Positions 24,674-35,750 of a stretch of DNA of 64,000 bases are shown piece after piece. The stretch covers positions 6,698,001-6,762,000 of the forward strand of contig CM075994.1 of the NCBI GenBank assembly GCA_038087875.1, given 5' to 3'. Source of the stretch: Malacoraja senta (taxonomy: Eukaryota). Every line of letters starts with the position of its first letter. Within the stretch, counting starts at the first letter, position 1. Made by a program: the position numbers and the translations under genes. Under the pieces are notes generated by a model. That model searched no databases. It saw only the letters and a list, made by a program, of their open reading frames with translations, and was not told the origin of the DNA.

Positions 24674-26747
24674 TACTTAACCACAAAAAAATGTGCACAT
24701 TCATATCGTAAAAGCATAACAAGAGTGTACATTGAAACAAGAGGGAAAGAAATATCAGCTAAACAGAAAAAAAAGATTTAAAAAATAACAATCAGAAACC
24801 ATTGGGTTTTGTATCTAATCCGACATGGGGTCTGAGTTGTGGCAATGTTCAAATCCAATGTTCCCCACCCAAGGGGAAGCCTCGCGCCTCAACTCCCCAT
24901 GTCCTGCCACCCTCCCTTCAGGTTTCCGCACGTCGGGTTGGGGAAGGAGAGGTTCAAGGTGCCAGGACAGTTCAGAGTTCTCCTTGTAAGGCCTCTGAAG
25001 AGCGGCAGCCATTTTATGTCGGCCATTTTGTGTCAACCCCTATCTGCCATTTTCCCAACTTTGTCGAACTGGGATCGGGGTGGGGTTTGGGGGTAGAGTG
25101 GGAACAAACTCACATACCCCTCCCCCCTCCCCCCCATATTTCCACAGGGCGTTGGGGTGGGGAGGGGGCATCTCACCCGACTTGACCAACTCACCACATT
25201 TCACTCCCTCCCTCCCAAAAGACCATTCCACGCCTCCGCAATCTAATTTCGAGTGTTGGGCACTTTCTGTGGGACAAGTTAAGCCCAGTAGTGGTTGTAT
25301 GTGTCGCCCTCGACAGGTGAACCCCTCGCTAGGATGAACACCTATTGTAGATGAACACTCTGTAGATGAACAGATGAGCTATTCTCCCCAGCATTCCTGT
25401 CAATTTTACCACTCCCATCCCACACCAGTGCATGTTGGTGGCTCTTTTGGTTTAGAGATACAGCAGGGAAACAGGCCCTTCGGCCCACCGAATCCACACC
25501 GACCATCGATCACCCGCTAACACACTAGTTCTACGCTATCCCACTTTCTCATCCGCTCCCTACACACACCAGGGGTCAATAATTAACCTGTGGGGGGGAA
25601 CCGCAGCACCCGGAGGAAACCCACGCAGCCACACAGCGCGCGCACACACACACACACAGACAGCGCCCGAGATCAGGGTCAAACCCGTGTCTGTGACGCC
25701 CTGAGGCAGCGGCTCTAAAAGCTGTGTGTTGCCCTAATCCCTAAACCCCTCGTCTCTCCCTCTGACTACATCAAACAATGGGCAATGATTGTGTGGGACG
25801 GGCAAACTAAGCTAGAACCCCTTTCCCTCCCCGTTTACCCCTCCCCAGTTAAAGGGGCGCAAGGTGAACCTTAAAGGGGCAGGCGCGCCACGCACAAATT
25901 ATTTTAAACCTTTGATACACACACACACAACCCATAACACAGCCTTTTTCCAATAGCACATAACTTGGGTGGATAGTAATTGGATGCTGAGACAATCAAC
26001 CAAAATCATAACTCACATCCACCTCGATCCTCCCCCCCTCCAAGTTCAGAGACCCTACAAGTAAGCTTCAAAACTGTTTTAAAATTTAAAAGAAATATGG
26101 TCAATCGATTTACAAGGTCGCGATCACAAAACGTTCAGCCTGACTTCCCCGCCAAACCTTTCCTCCCGGTCAATGTTCCAGAAAGCATGGAAAATGACAC
26201 CTTTACACCTGTAGGGACACAGAGCAGAAACAGGCCATTGAGCCCGCGCCGCCCAGCGATCACCCCGTGCACTTGCACCATCCCAGGCACCGACCGGGGA
26301 CAATTTTTACCGAACCTGATTAACCTTCAAACCCACGCGGTTTCCTCCCGCACTCTTTGGAGTGCGGCAGGAAACCGGAGCACCCGGAGAAAACCCACGC
26401 GGGCCGCGGGGAGAACGTACAAACCCTGCTACGGATGGTAGAGGATCAAACCTGGCGCAATGAGGCAGCAGCAGCTCCCTCACCCCCCCCCCCCCCACCA
26501 CCACCACCACCGTGTCAAAACCTTATATTTTGCCAGCGTTAAAAACAACAAATATTCTCACACACTGCAATTTTGTGCTGACTTTAAAAAAAAACACTTT
26601 ACAAAGGAAAAAAAAAGAAAAGTGAATAAAGAGAAAAATAGTTCTATGTGAATGTTAAGAGGTAGTATGTAAGCACTCTAAAACTGGTAAAACATGTAGT
26701 AATTCTATTTTCTTTATATGAGCTGCTATGAGGTAATAAAGCCGTTT

Positions 26748-26753
26748 TTTATT
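26748..26753 (-). terminator. Candidate proximal polyadenylation signal AATAAA
   Basis: Preceded on the minus strand by TGTATATA and TGTACA. Confidence 0.4.
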
Positions 26754-27518
26754 ATTTTTTTTTGATTGGCTAATCATGTACAAATACTTCTTTCTACAGT
26801 ATATACACCATGCCTTTGAGACGGCATTTCTAAACCGCAGTGTTAAAAACGTCACTGTGAAAACCCCATTCTTCACTGTGCGGCAGAAAGAATATTAAAA
26901 CGCACAGAGAGAGATAGAGAGAGAGAGAGACTGGTATAAAAAGAGCTCTCTCACCTGAACTGCCCCCTTAAAACCCAATCCGATGTACCCCGGACCCTAT
27001 TCCCCGCCCTCCCGCCTCCCACGACCCCTTTTTCCCTCCTTCCCCCCCTCGTCAGACACAAAATGTGTAAAAAACAAACAAATAGTATTCACCTCAGAGC
27101 AAGGGAGAGGGGCCCAAGATATCCCATCAATGAACAGAAAGGGTTATTGTGTGTCACCTGCTACTGGACATAGGGTGGAGAGAGAGGGAGGTAGGGAGAG
27201 AGGGAGAGAGAGAGGGAGGGGGGGGGGGAGGGGGTTGCAAGGAGGGGGAGAGAAGGCAGTAGACTCCCGCTCTGGAATATCGGCCTTTCTCCCTTCCCGA
27301 ATCCGTTGCCTGGGCCTCAATGGAACGGGACACGGGACACAGAGGGAGAGGGAGAGGACCGGATGTTACCGGGGCTTTCCGACCCATTCTGCTCACATTG
27401 GAGGTGGTCGTTCGGCCCATCGAGGCCCAGCTGGCTCATGAAGGGATCCTATCCCTCTCCCCCATCCCCCCACACTGAGCTGCTCCACCCAGCGTTGCTT
27501 ACCAGTCCCCCCTTACCT

Positions 27519-28075
27519 GTAGACACACACACACATACATACACGCACGCACATACACACACCAGACACACACCACGCAGACATACACATACAGACCCCG
27601 ACACACCACACATACATACGCACACGCACATACACACCCCACAAACACATAGCATACACATACACACAGAGACACATACACCAGACACACAGAGAAACAC
27701 ACACACACACACACACTCACAGGACACACACACAGGTTGTATGCAAAAAGAGACACTGCACACACCAAGAAATGTGCACATGTGCCAACATACACACGCA
27801 ATACATACATGATATGAAAGATGCACACACACACCCATACACCACACACACACACCTACATGCACCACACACACACACCTACATGCACCACACACATAGA
27901 CACACCAGACACACGCAGAGTTACACACCTGCATGCACCCCACACACACACACAGCCACAGACAGACACACAAACACACCTATCTGCATGCACCACACAC
28001 GCACGCAGACACACGCATTCACACACCTGCATGCACCCCACACAGACACACACGCACAGTCATATCGACACACAG

Positions 28076-28148
<73 letters not shown>

Positions 28149-28175
28149 TACACAGACAGACACACACACACAGAT
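27519..28175. repeat. (CA)n microsatellite, degenerate with a pure core near 28078-28146
   Basis: Direct inspection. Confidence 0.97.
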
Positions 28176-28309
28176 AAAGACAATCTTTGGCTTCATTAGT
28201 CACTCAAAACAGACCCAGGATACAGTGAGCTCCCCAGGATACAGTGAGCTCTGGGTCTTTGGAAAAATAACAATCACATCCAGAGGAGAAGCTGCTCACA
28301 TCTAACTCA

Positions 28310-28765
28310 GTAGAGTGGTGAGAGGGAGTCAGCAAGATGGGGGAGGAGGAAGCTGGAGCGAGAGAGGGAGGAGGATGAGAGAAAAAAGAGCAAGAAAGAG
28401 GAGGTGAAGGAAGATGGGGAGAGAGAGAGAAATAGAGGGACGAGAAAGATAGAGGGGGGGAGTGGGAAAGGGGGAGGGATAGAGAGTGGGGAGAGAGAGG
28501 GGGAGGGTGAGGGAAAGGGGGAGAGGGGAGGAGAGTGGAAGAGAGAGAGAGGAAGAGAGGGAGGGAGAGGGAGAAGTGGAAGAGAGAGAGAGAGGGGGGG
28601 GAGAGAGAGAGAGGAGGAGAGGAGTGGAAGAGAGAGAGAGGGAGGAGTGGAAGAGAGAGAGGAAGAGGAGGAGAGAGTGGAGAGAGAGAGAGAGGAGAGA
28701 GAGGGAGAGAGGGAGAGAGAGAGAGAGAGAAGAGAGAGAGGGAGGGGAGGGAGGGAGGACGGGGA
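28310..28765. repeat. (GA)n-like polypurine tract
   Basis: Direct inspection. Confidence 0.95.
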
Positions 28766-29021
28766 GTTCCATCTCTCTGCTGGGTTCGAGACTAAACCCG
28801 TCCCCTCCATTCTCGTCCCCTCACTAACTACCACCACCCCACCCTCCCTCTGCACACTGAGGCCCGGGGTTTTACAGTGGAACACACCAGGAGATAGATT
28901 AGTATCAACGGCAACCCCCTCCCACCCCCGACTCGAGCGGTCTTCCTCTCGCCTCCCCTCCTGCTTCCGCGCTGGTCAAAGCTGGAGAAGACCAGCGAGT
29001 GGCCCCATCGACCCGCAGAGA

Positions 29022-29115
29022 TCAGTTGGAGGTGTCCGAGTGAACGCTGCCGGGCCCCTTCTGTTGGCGATGTCACGGAGGATGGGGTCGCTGCATCTTG
29101 CCAGCCTCCGTTAGC
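29022..29115 (-). CDS. pbx2: PBX homeobox gene, last coding exon (exon 9 equivalent)
   Basis: cag|GCT AAC GGA GGC TGG.. gives ANGGWQDAATPSSVTSPTEG[+1 G]PGSVHSDTSN*, the PBX-family C-terminus. Length is 94 bp versus 93 expected. Confidence 0.9.
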
Positions 29116-29214
29116 CTGGGGGGGGGGGGAAGGTGAGGGGGTGGTTAAACAGGGTCACAATCTGGAGGCCAAGGAACAGATGACAAAGGCTGAGGGCCAA
29201 ACTCGAACCTTAAC

Positions 29215-30003
29215 GTGACCAGACCCAAGTCCACCCATGGCCATATCCCAATTCCGTCCATGACCAGATCCAAATCCCACCCATGACTAGACCTAATCCC
29301 ATCCACAGCTAGATCTAAGCCCCCCCCATGTCCAGATCCCATCCCAACCATGACCTGACCCAATTCCACCCATGGGCAGATACTATCCCAACCCAGGTCT
29401 AGACCCAAATCCAACCAATGGTCAGATCCAAATCCAAACCATGACTATATCTAAGCCCACCCATGTCCAGATCCCATCCCAACCATGACCTGAACCAATC
29501 CCACCCATGGTCAGGACATAACACCACCCCATGACTAGACCCAATCCCGTCCATGACTAAATCTAAGCCCACCCATGTCCGGATCGTACCCCAACCAATG
29601 ACCTGATCCAGTTGCACCCAAGGTCAGATCTGGTCCCATCCATGGGTCAGATCCAACCCCACCCATGACTAGATCTAACCCACCGATGTCCAGATCTCAT
29701 CCCACCCATGACTAGACCCCAATCCCACCCAAGATCAGACTAAATCCCATTCATGGTCAGATCCAACTCCAACCCATGGTCAGATCTGATCCCACCCATG
29801 ACTGGATCCAATCCCATCCATCATCAGACCAAACCCCCCCCATGACCAGACCCAATCCCAACCCATGGTCAGACCCAATCCCACCCATGGCTAGATCTAC
29901 AGTAATTCCACCCATGTCCAGATCCCATCCCAACCATGACCTGTTCCAATCCCACCCATGGTCAGATCCAACTCCAGCCCATGAGTAGACCCAATCCCAA
30001 CCC
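29215..30003. repeat. Degenerate about 22-bp minisatellite (CCAATCCCACCCATGACTAGAT-like) in the last intron
   Basis: Recurring CCCATG..AGATC/AGACC units. Confidence 0.85.
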
Positions 30004-30367
30004 AGTGAGACGGTGAGACGGTGCGTTTGGGTGGACGGGTAGGGGGAGACGTGAGGGGAGGGGTGAAATGAAGAGGTGGAGATGAGATGGGGGAGGTAAA
30101 ACAGGTTGGTGAAATGGGTGGGGGGGGTGGGGATTGGGTGGAGTTAGTGGGGAGAACGGATAGGTAACACTTGGGGGGGGGGTTGAGATGGGGGGGGTGA
30201 GATGGGGAACGAGACGAGGGAGAGAGACGTGGGGGAAGAGATGGGAAGGTCTCCTCTGCAACATGGTTCCCTGGCCCTCCACTGATTCATGCCCCAACTA
30301 CGCCCCCATCCTTCTCTCCCCACCCTTCCCTCCCACTCCCCTCCTCCCCCAGGGGAGGGGCACCTAC

Positions 30368-30452
30368 CCTCACGTCTCGTGGACTGTACATCTGATTGGC
30401 CGCCAGCCCCCTCACTGTAGGGCTGGTTCAGGGAGTGGTGGAGCGACTCGAC
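30368..30452 (-). CDS. pbx2: PBX homeobox gene, penultimate coding exon (exon 8 equivalent)
   Basis: ttacag|GTC GAG..AGG|gtaggt gives VESLHHSLNQPYSEG[+1 G]LAANQMYSPRDVR. VESL and MYSPR..R match PBX2 better than PBX1/3 (VDTL). Confidence 0.88.
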
Positions 30453-30494
30453 CTGTAACGAGGGGAGGGGCTGCTGTCAACGTGGCTCTGGGAC

Positions 30495-31460
30495 CCTCCC
30501 CAACCCCCCAGACAGCCTGGCAGGATAACTCCCTCAACCTGACACTCAGAAACTCCCCCTACACCAATCCAAGATGTCCATTGGACCCCCCCCCTCGTCC
30601 CAACTCCCCCAATGGTGAACCCACCAATCCAACACTCAGAAACCCTCCCCGACCCAAGATCCCCAATGGACACCACCCCCAATAGACAACCCCCCAAACC
30701 TCAGAAACCCTCCCCAACCCAACACCTCCAATGGACCCCATTCCTGATCCAACAACCCCAATGGACCTGCAATGGCCAACCCATAACCCAATCCTCAGAA
30801 ACCCTTTCCAACCCAACAACCCCAATGGATCCCATCCCTAACCCAGCACTCCAATGGACCCCCCCCAACCCAACACCACACAACCCAACCCTGTGAAACC
30901 CTCCCAAACCCAAAACCCCTAACGGACAAACTCCCAACCCAACACCCACAATGGACACCCTCCCAATGGTCAACACCCCAACCCAACCCAGTCCCCCAGG
31001 AACTCCCCCAATCCACCACAAATTATGCCCCCCCCAAATGGATAACCCCCCAACACCTCCAATGGACCCCACCCCCAACCCAATACGCACAATGGACACC
31101 TCCCCCCAATGGACAACACCCCAAACCAACCCTCTGAAACCCTTCCCAAGCCAACACCCGCATGATCCAACATCTCCATTGGATCCCATCCCTGACCCAA
31201 CAACCACAATGGATCCCACCAGAATGGACAGCACTCCAACCCGACCCCCCAGGCACTCCTGCAATCCAACACCCCCAATTTAGCCCCCCCAATGGACATC
31301 CCCAACCCAACCCAACACATCCATTGGACAACCCCAACCAAACCCTCAGAAGCCCTCACCAACACAACATCCACCCCCACCCAACAGCGGACACCTCCAA
31401 CGAACACTCCCAATCCAACCCCACAATGGACAAGCCCTCAACCCAGAATGGACATCCCCC
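30495..31460. repeat. C/A-rich degenerate tandem repeat (CCAATGGA.. units)
   Basis: Recurring CCCAATGGAC and CTCAGAAACCC motifs. Confidence 0.85.
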
Positions 31461-31462
31461 AA

Positions 31463-32605
31463 CGAGGGTGGGAGGAGGGTTGAGCATGAGGGTGATGGAT
31501 CGAGGGTGAGGAGGGGTACGTGGAGGTGGTGGATTGAGGGAGAAGATCAAGGGTGAGGATCGAGGGTGGGGGGAAGGATAGAGGGTGAAGGAGATGGACC
31601 GAAGGTGAGGGAGGGGGGATTGAGGGTGAGGATTAAGGGTGAGGATTGATGGTGAGGATTGAAGGTGAGGATTTAGGGTTAGGGAAAGGATTGATGGTGA
31701 AAATTGATGGTGAGGTTTGAGGGTAAGGATTAAGGGTGATGGCGAGCATTGAGGGCGAGGGAGAGGATTGAGGCTGAGGATTGAGGGTGAGGATTGATGG
31801 AGAGGAAAGATGGTAGTGTGGAGGAATGAGGGTGAGGGCGATGGATCATTGGACAGGGAGGACTGCGTGGGGTCCCCCTGTGCAAGTGGTCAACACAGTT
31901 GGGTGGGGTCCCTCACACTTTGCCCTCTCTCCCTCACCATCAATCCTGTCCCTCACCCCTCAACCCTCTTCCTCATCTCTGGTCCTCTCTCCCTCATCCT
32001 CAATACGCTCCCTCATCCTCCACACAAACCCTCATCTTCAATCTCATCTCCCTCCATCTTCTCCCACACCTTAAATCCTCAGCTCGCCCTCCATCCATCT
32101 CCCAAACCCTCAGTAGGCTTCCTCACCCTCGATCCATCTCCCACACACCCTCAGTCATCTGTGCCTCAGCCTCAATCATCTCTCAGTCACCCTTCATCCA
32201 TCTCACGCACCCTCGATCCTCTCCCTCATCTCCGGTCCTCTCTCCCTCAACCTTCTCCCTCACCCTCAATCCTCTCTCCCTCACCCTCAACCCATCTCCC
32301 TCACTCACCCTTCTCTCCCTCAATGCATCTCTCCTTCAATCATCACTCCCTCACCCTCACCCTCGATCCTTTCCCTCAGCCTCAATCCTCTCCCCCTCAC
32401 CCTCAACCCGTCTCCTTCACCCCCTATCATCTCTCCCTCCCCCTCAATCCTCTCTCCCTCAATCATCATTCCCTCACCCTCAATCCATCTCCCACACCCG
32501 CGATTCACCTCCTACCCTCAACCCTCTCTCCCTCGTCTCCGGTCCCCTCTTCCTCACTTTCAATCCATCTCTGACACTCACAATCTTCTCACGGACCCTC
32601 AATCC
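31463..32605. repeat. Two opposed blocks of a GAGGGTGAGGATT-type 13-mer repeat
   Basis: G-rich orientation at 31463-31850; C-rich reverse-complement orientation at 31925-32605. Confidence 0.85.
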
Positions 32606-32645
32606 CTGCCCACCCTCCGTGGGCTGCCTGCCCCCGGGTACTGAC

Positions 32646-32734
32646 CTGTGCCCCAGGGTAGGAGTCGCCGTTCAGTCCCTGCATTCCCATGAACATGTCA
32701 CCAGAGGCGGAGAGGTTGAAGGACCCAGAGGAAC
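32646..32734 (-). CDS. pbx2: PBX homeobox gene, exon 7 equivalent (89 bp)
   Basis: ctccag|GT TCC..CAG|gtcagt gives (G)[29 protein letters not shown]. It lacks the VGANVQSQ extension of PBX1/PBX3, as PBX2 does. Paralog assignment is less certain than family assignment. Confidence 0.9.
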
Positions 32735-33004
32735 CTGGAGAGGGGAGAGAGAAGGGGAGAGAACAAGAGCGCGCAGGGGTCAATGGCGGCTCCACACAGG
32801 CAGGGCTGGGGTCAATACGGGCAGGTAACCCCCCCCCCCCCCTCCACTTTCGCCAAATACCCCCTCATCCAACAGACACATCAACAAGACTCTTTAGACT
32901 TTACACATTTGAGGTACATTGCGGAAACAGGCCCTTCTGCCCACCGAGTCCGCGCCGGCCAGCGATCACCCCCTTACACCAGCACTATCCGACACACAAG
33001 TGAT

Positions 33005-34380
33005 GGAAGGAAGGATGTGCTGGCTCTGGAGAGGGTCCAGAAGAGGTTTGCAAGAATGATTCCAGGAATGACTGGGTTAACATATGATGAGCGCTTGACA
33101 GCACTGGGCCTCGACTCACTGGAGTTCCGACTCGTTGAGGGGGGACCTCACTGAAACTTACCAAATAATGAAAGGATGTGGAGAGGATCTTTCATTTGGT
33201 GGGAGGGTCTAGGACCAGAGGTCACAGCCTCAGAATTAAAAGGCGCTCTTTTAGAAAGGAGGTGATGAGGAACTTCTTTAGTCAGAGGGTAGTGAATCGG
33301 TGAAACTCAGTCACAGAGGGTTGTGGAGGCCAAGTCAGGGGATATTTTAAAGGCAGAGATAGATAAATTCTTGATTAAAACGGGCGTCAATGGTTATGGG
33401 GAGAAGGCAGGAAAATGGGAATAGAAGGCAGAGATCAGCCATGATTGAATGGCGGAGTAGACTTGATGGACCGAATGGCCTAATTCTACTCCTATTAACT
33501 TGTGAACTTGTGGACAATTTACAATTTTCATAGAAGCCAATGAACCTACAAAATCCGCACGTCTTTGGATTGTGGGAGGAAACCGGAGCACCCGGAGAAA
33601 ACCCACGCAGGTCACGGGGAGAACGGACAAACTCCGTGCAGACAGCACCCGTGGTCAAGAACAGAACTAGCGCAGACAAGTGATCGATGGTCGGCGTGGA
33701 CTTGGTGGGCCGAAGGGCCTGTTTCCATGCTGTATCTCTGAACTAAACGGAAAGACTAAAACACCAAATAAATCTTCAGAGTGTAAAAGGGATTAAAGAC
33801 TTCTGCTGGTGAAATGGCAGATGGAGTTTAACCCGAACATGTGTGAGGTGTTGCACTTTGGGAGGTTAAATGTAAGGAGCGAGTACACAGTTAATGGCTG
33901 GACCCTTAACAGCCTTGATATGCATAGGGATCTTGTGGAGTCCACATTAATAGCTAACGAGAAAGAATGGGTCGACTGGAATTTAGAAGGTGAGAGGGGA
34001 TCTTATAGAAACATATAAAATTATTAAGCGATTGGACAGGCGAGATGCAGGGGAAATGTTCCCGATGTTTGGGGGAGTCCAGAACCAGGGGTCACAGTTT
34101 AAGAATAAGGGGTTGTCCATTTAGGACTGAGATGAGGAAAAACATTTTCACCCAGAGAGTTGTGAATCTGTGGGATTCTCTGCCACAGAAGGCAGTGGAG
34201 GCCAATTCTCTGGATGTTTTCAAGAGAGAATTAGATATAGTTCTTAGGGCTAACGGAATCAAGGAATATGGGGAGAAAGCAGGGATGGGGTACTGATTCT
34301 GGATGATGCCATGATCATATTGAATGGCCATGCTGGCTCAAAGGGCCGAATGGCCTGCTCCTGCATCTATTTTCTATGTT
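33005..34380 (+). mobile_element. Cluster of CR1 3' fragments with interleaved V-SINE pieces
   Basis: RKDVLALERVQKRFARMIPG, KWQMEFNPNMCEVLHFG and FTQRVVNLWDSLPQKAVEA. Confidence 0.85.
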
Positions 34381-34547
34381 TTTATGTTTATCTTTATAAA
34401 AGGGGGAAACGGTGCAGAGTTCCATTAAGTTGCAGCAATGTACTACATTCATACATTCAATAGCAATAAGATTCATGTTATATATCATGTCACCTTCACA
34501 ACAATGCATAACATTACACACTTCACCAACAGTGTAAAGACTTAATA

Positions 34548-34933
34548 CAGGTCCACCGCCGATTTTCCGGCACCCTTGGTTCCAGAGCCTTGCCGGATTA
34601 TCCGTGTTGCCGGACGCCGCGGCGGAGGTCACGGCCTCCGAGAGGAGTCCAACGGTACCGGAACGTTCCGCCGAGGCCGCCAGGGGGGCCCGAGACACCG
34701 GCCCACAAAGTCGGCGGCTATGGGAACGGATCTGCTGGCACCGGCCGGGCCGGCGTAACAGAGCCCCGACCGCAGGGGGGCAAATCCGACCCGCCGATCA
34801 AGTCTCGATGAGGTCGAGATCGGCCGCCTCACCCAGCCTCGGCACCACATTTTCGGGGGGACTTGCGGGGTGAATTTAAAGCATTAAAAGAGGTGCCTGA
34901 CCACCCGTTGCCGAAAATTCGATGGTGTACCTG
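34548..34933. mobile_element. Tc1/mariner-pogo (Tigger-like) MITE, GC/CpG-rich
   Basis: TA|CAGGTCCACCGCCGATTTTCCGGCA ... TGCCGAAAATTCGATGGTGTACCTG imperfect 25-bp TIRs; the right flank is AA rather than TA. Confidence 0.75.
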
Positions 34934-35750
34934 AATGTCATTTGTTTAAATGCATTCAAAGCATTATCATTTTCAGACCCAAGAGATGTTTAATCTCAAA
35001 GATAGACACAAAAATGCTGGAGTAACACTTTAAATCTTATTCCCGTTCCCACACAGACCTTTCTGTCCTAGATCTCCTCCATTGTCATTGGCTTAGTAAA
35101 ATTGTAAATTGTCTCTAGTGTGTGTAGGATAGTGTTAATGTGCGGGGATCGCTGGTCGGCGCGGACTCGGTGGGCCGAAGGGCCTGTTTCCACGCTGTAT
35201 CTCTAAACCAAGCTACACAGCAGGGCTGATCCGACTTTGCTTTCCCACAGAAACCTCTCACCCTCCTTGAGAACCTGAAAGATACTTTAGAGATACAGTG
35301 CAGAACCAGGCCCTTCGCCACGCCGACCAGCAATCACCCCGCACACTAACACTATCCTACACACACTGGGGACAATTTACAATTCTTACCGAAGCCAATT
35401 AACCTACAAACCTGCACGTCTTTGGAGTGTGGGATGAAACCAGAGCACCCGGAGTAAGCCCATGCTGCCACGGGGAGGACTTGTGAACTCCGTACAGACA
35501 GCACCCATAGTCGGGATCGAATCCGGGTCCCTGACACTGTGAGGCAGCAACTCTACCGCTGCGCCATCGTGACACTCTTGCTCGCACTTTGAAGGACAGA
35601 GCTCAAACCCTTTCAGTGAAAATGTTCCATCACATTTCTCCCTGAAATCGGTGAACCTTCGTTTAAAAAAAAGAAACGATGCCTCTTAGTTCTCAAAGAT
35701 AGACGCAAAGTGGTGGAGTAACTCAGCGGGCCAGACAGCACCTCTGGAGA

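Larger units (their letters stand above)
24645..29021 (-). other. Inferred long 3' UTR of the PBX2-like gene
   Basis: Follows the stop codon; U-rich unique blocks on the minus strand (26520-26930, 24640-24800) with UGUA motifs and AATAAA at 26748-26753 and 24668-24673. Confidence 0.5.

Noticed and set aside
25005..25029. Tandem YY1-like GCCATTTT motifs as a promoter
   Set aside because: Short motifs with no CpG island or other promoter evidence.
27306..28885. Long HT-, CV-, ER- and SL-repeat ORFs
   Set aside because: Translations of microsatellites.
28828..29076. 82-aa ORF as an independent gene
   Set aside because: It is the PBX terminal exon read through the extra-G frameshift.
30188..32828. 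Pro/Ser-rich ORFs up to 309 aa
   Set aside because: Low-complexity intronic repeats lacking stops by composition; only the two short PBX exons are supported.
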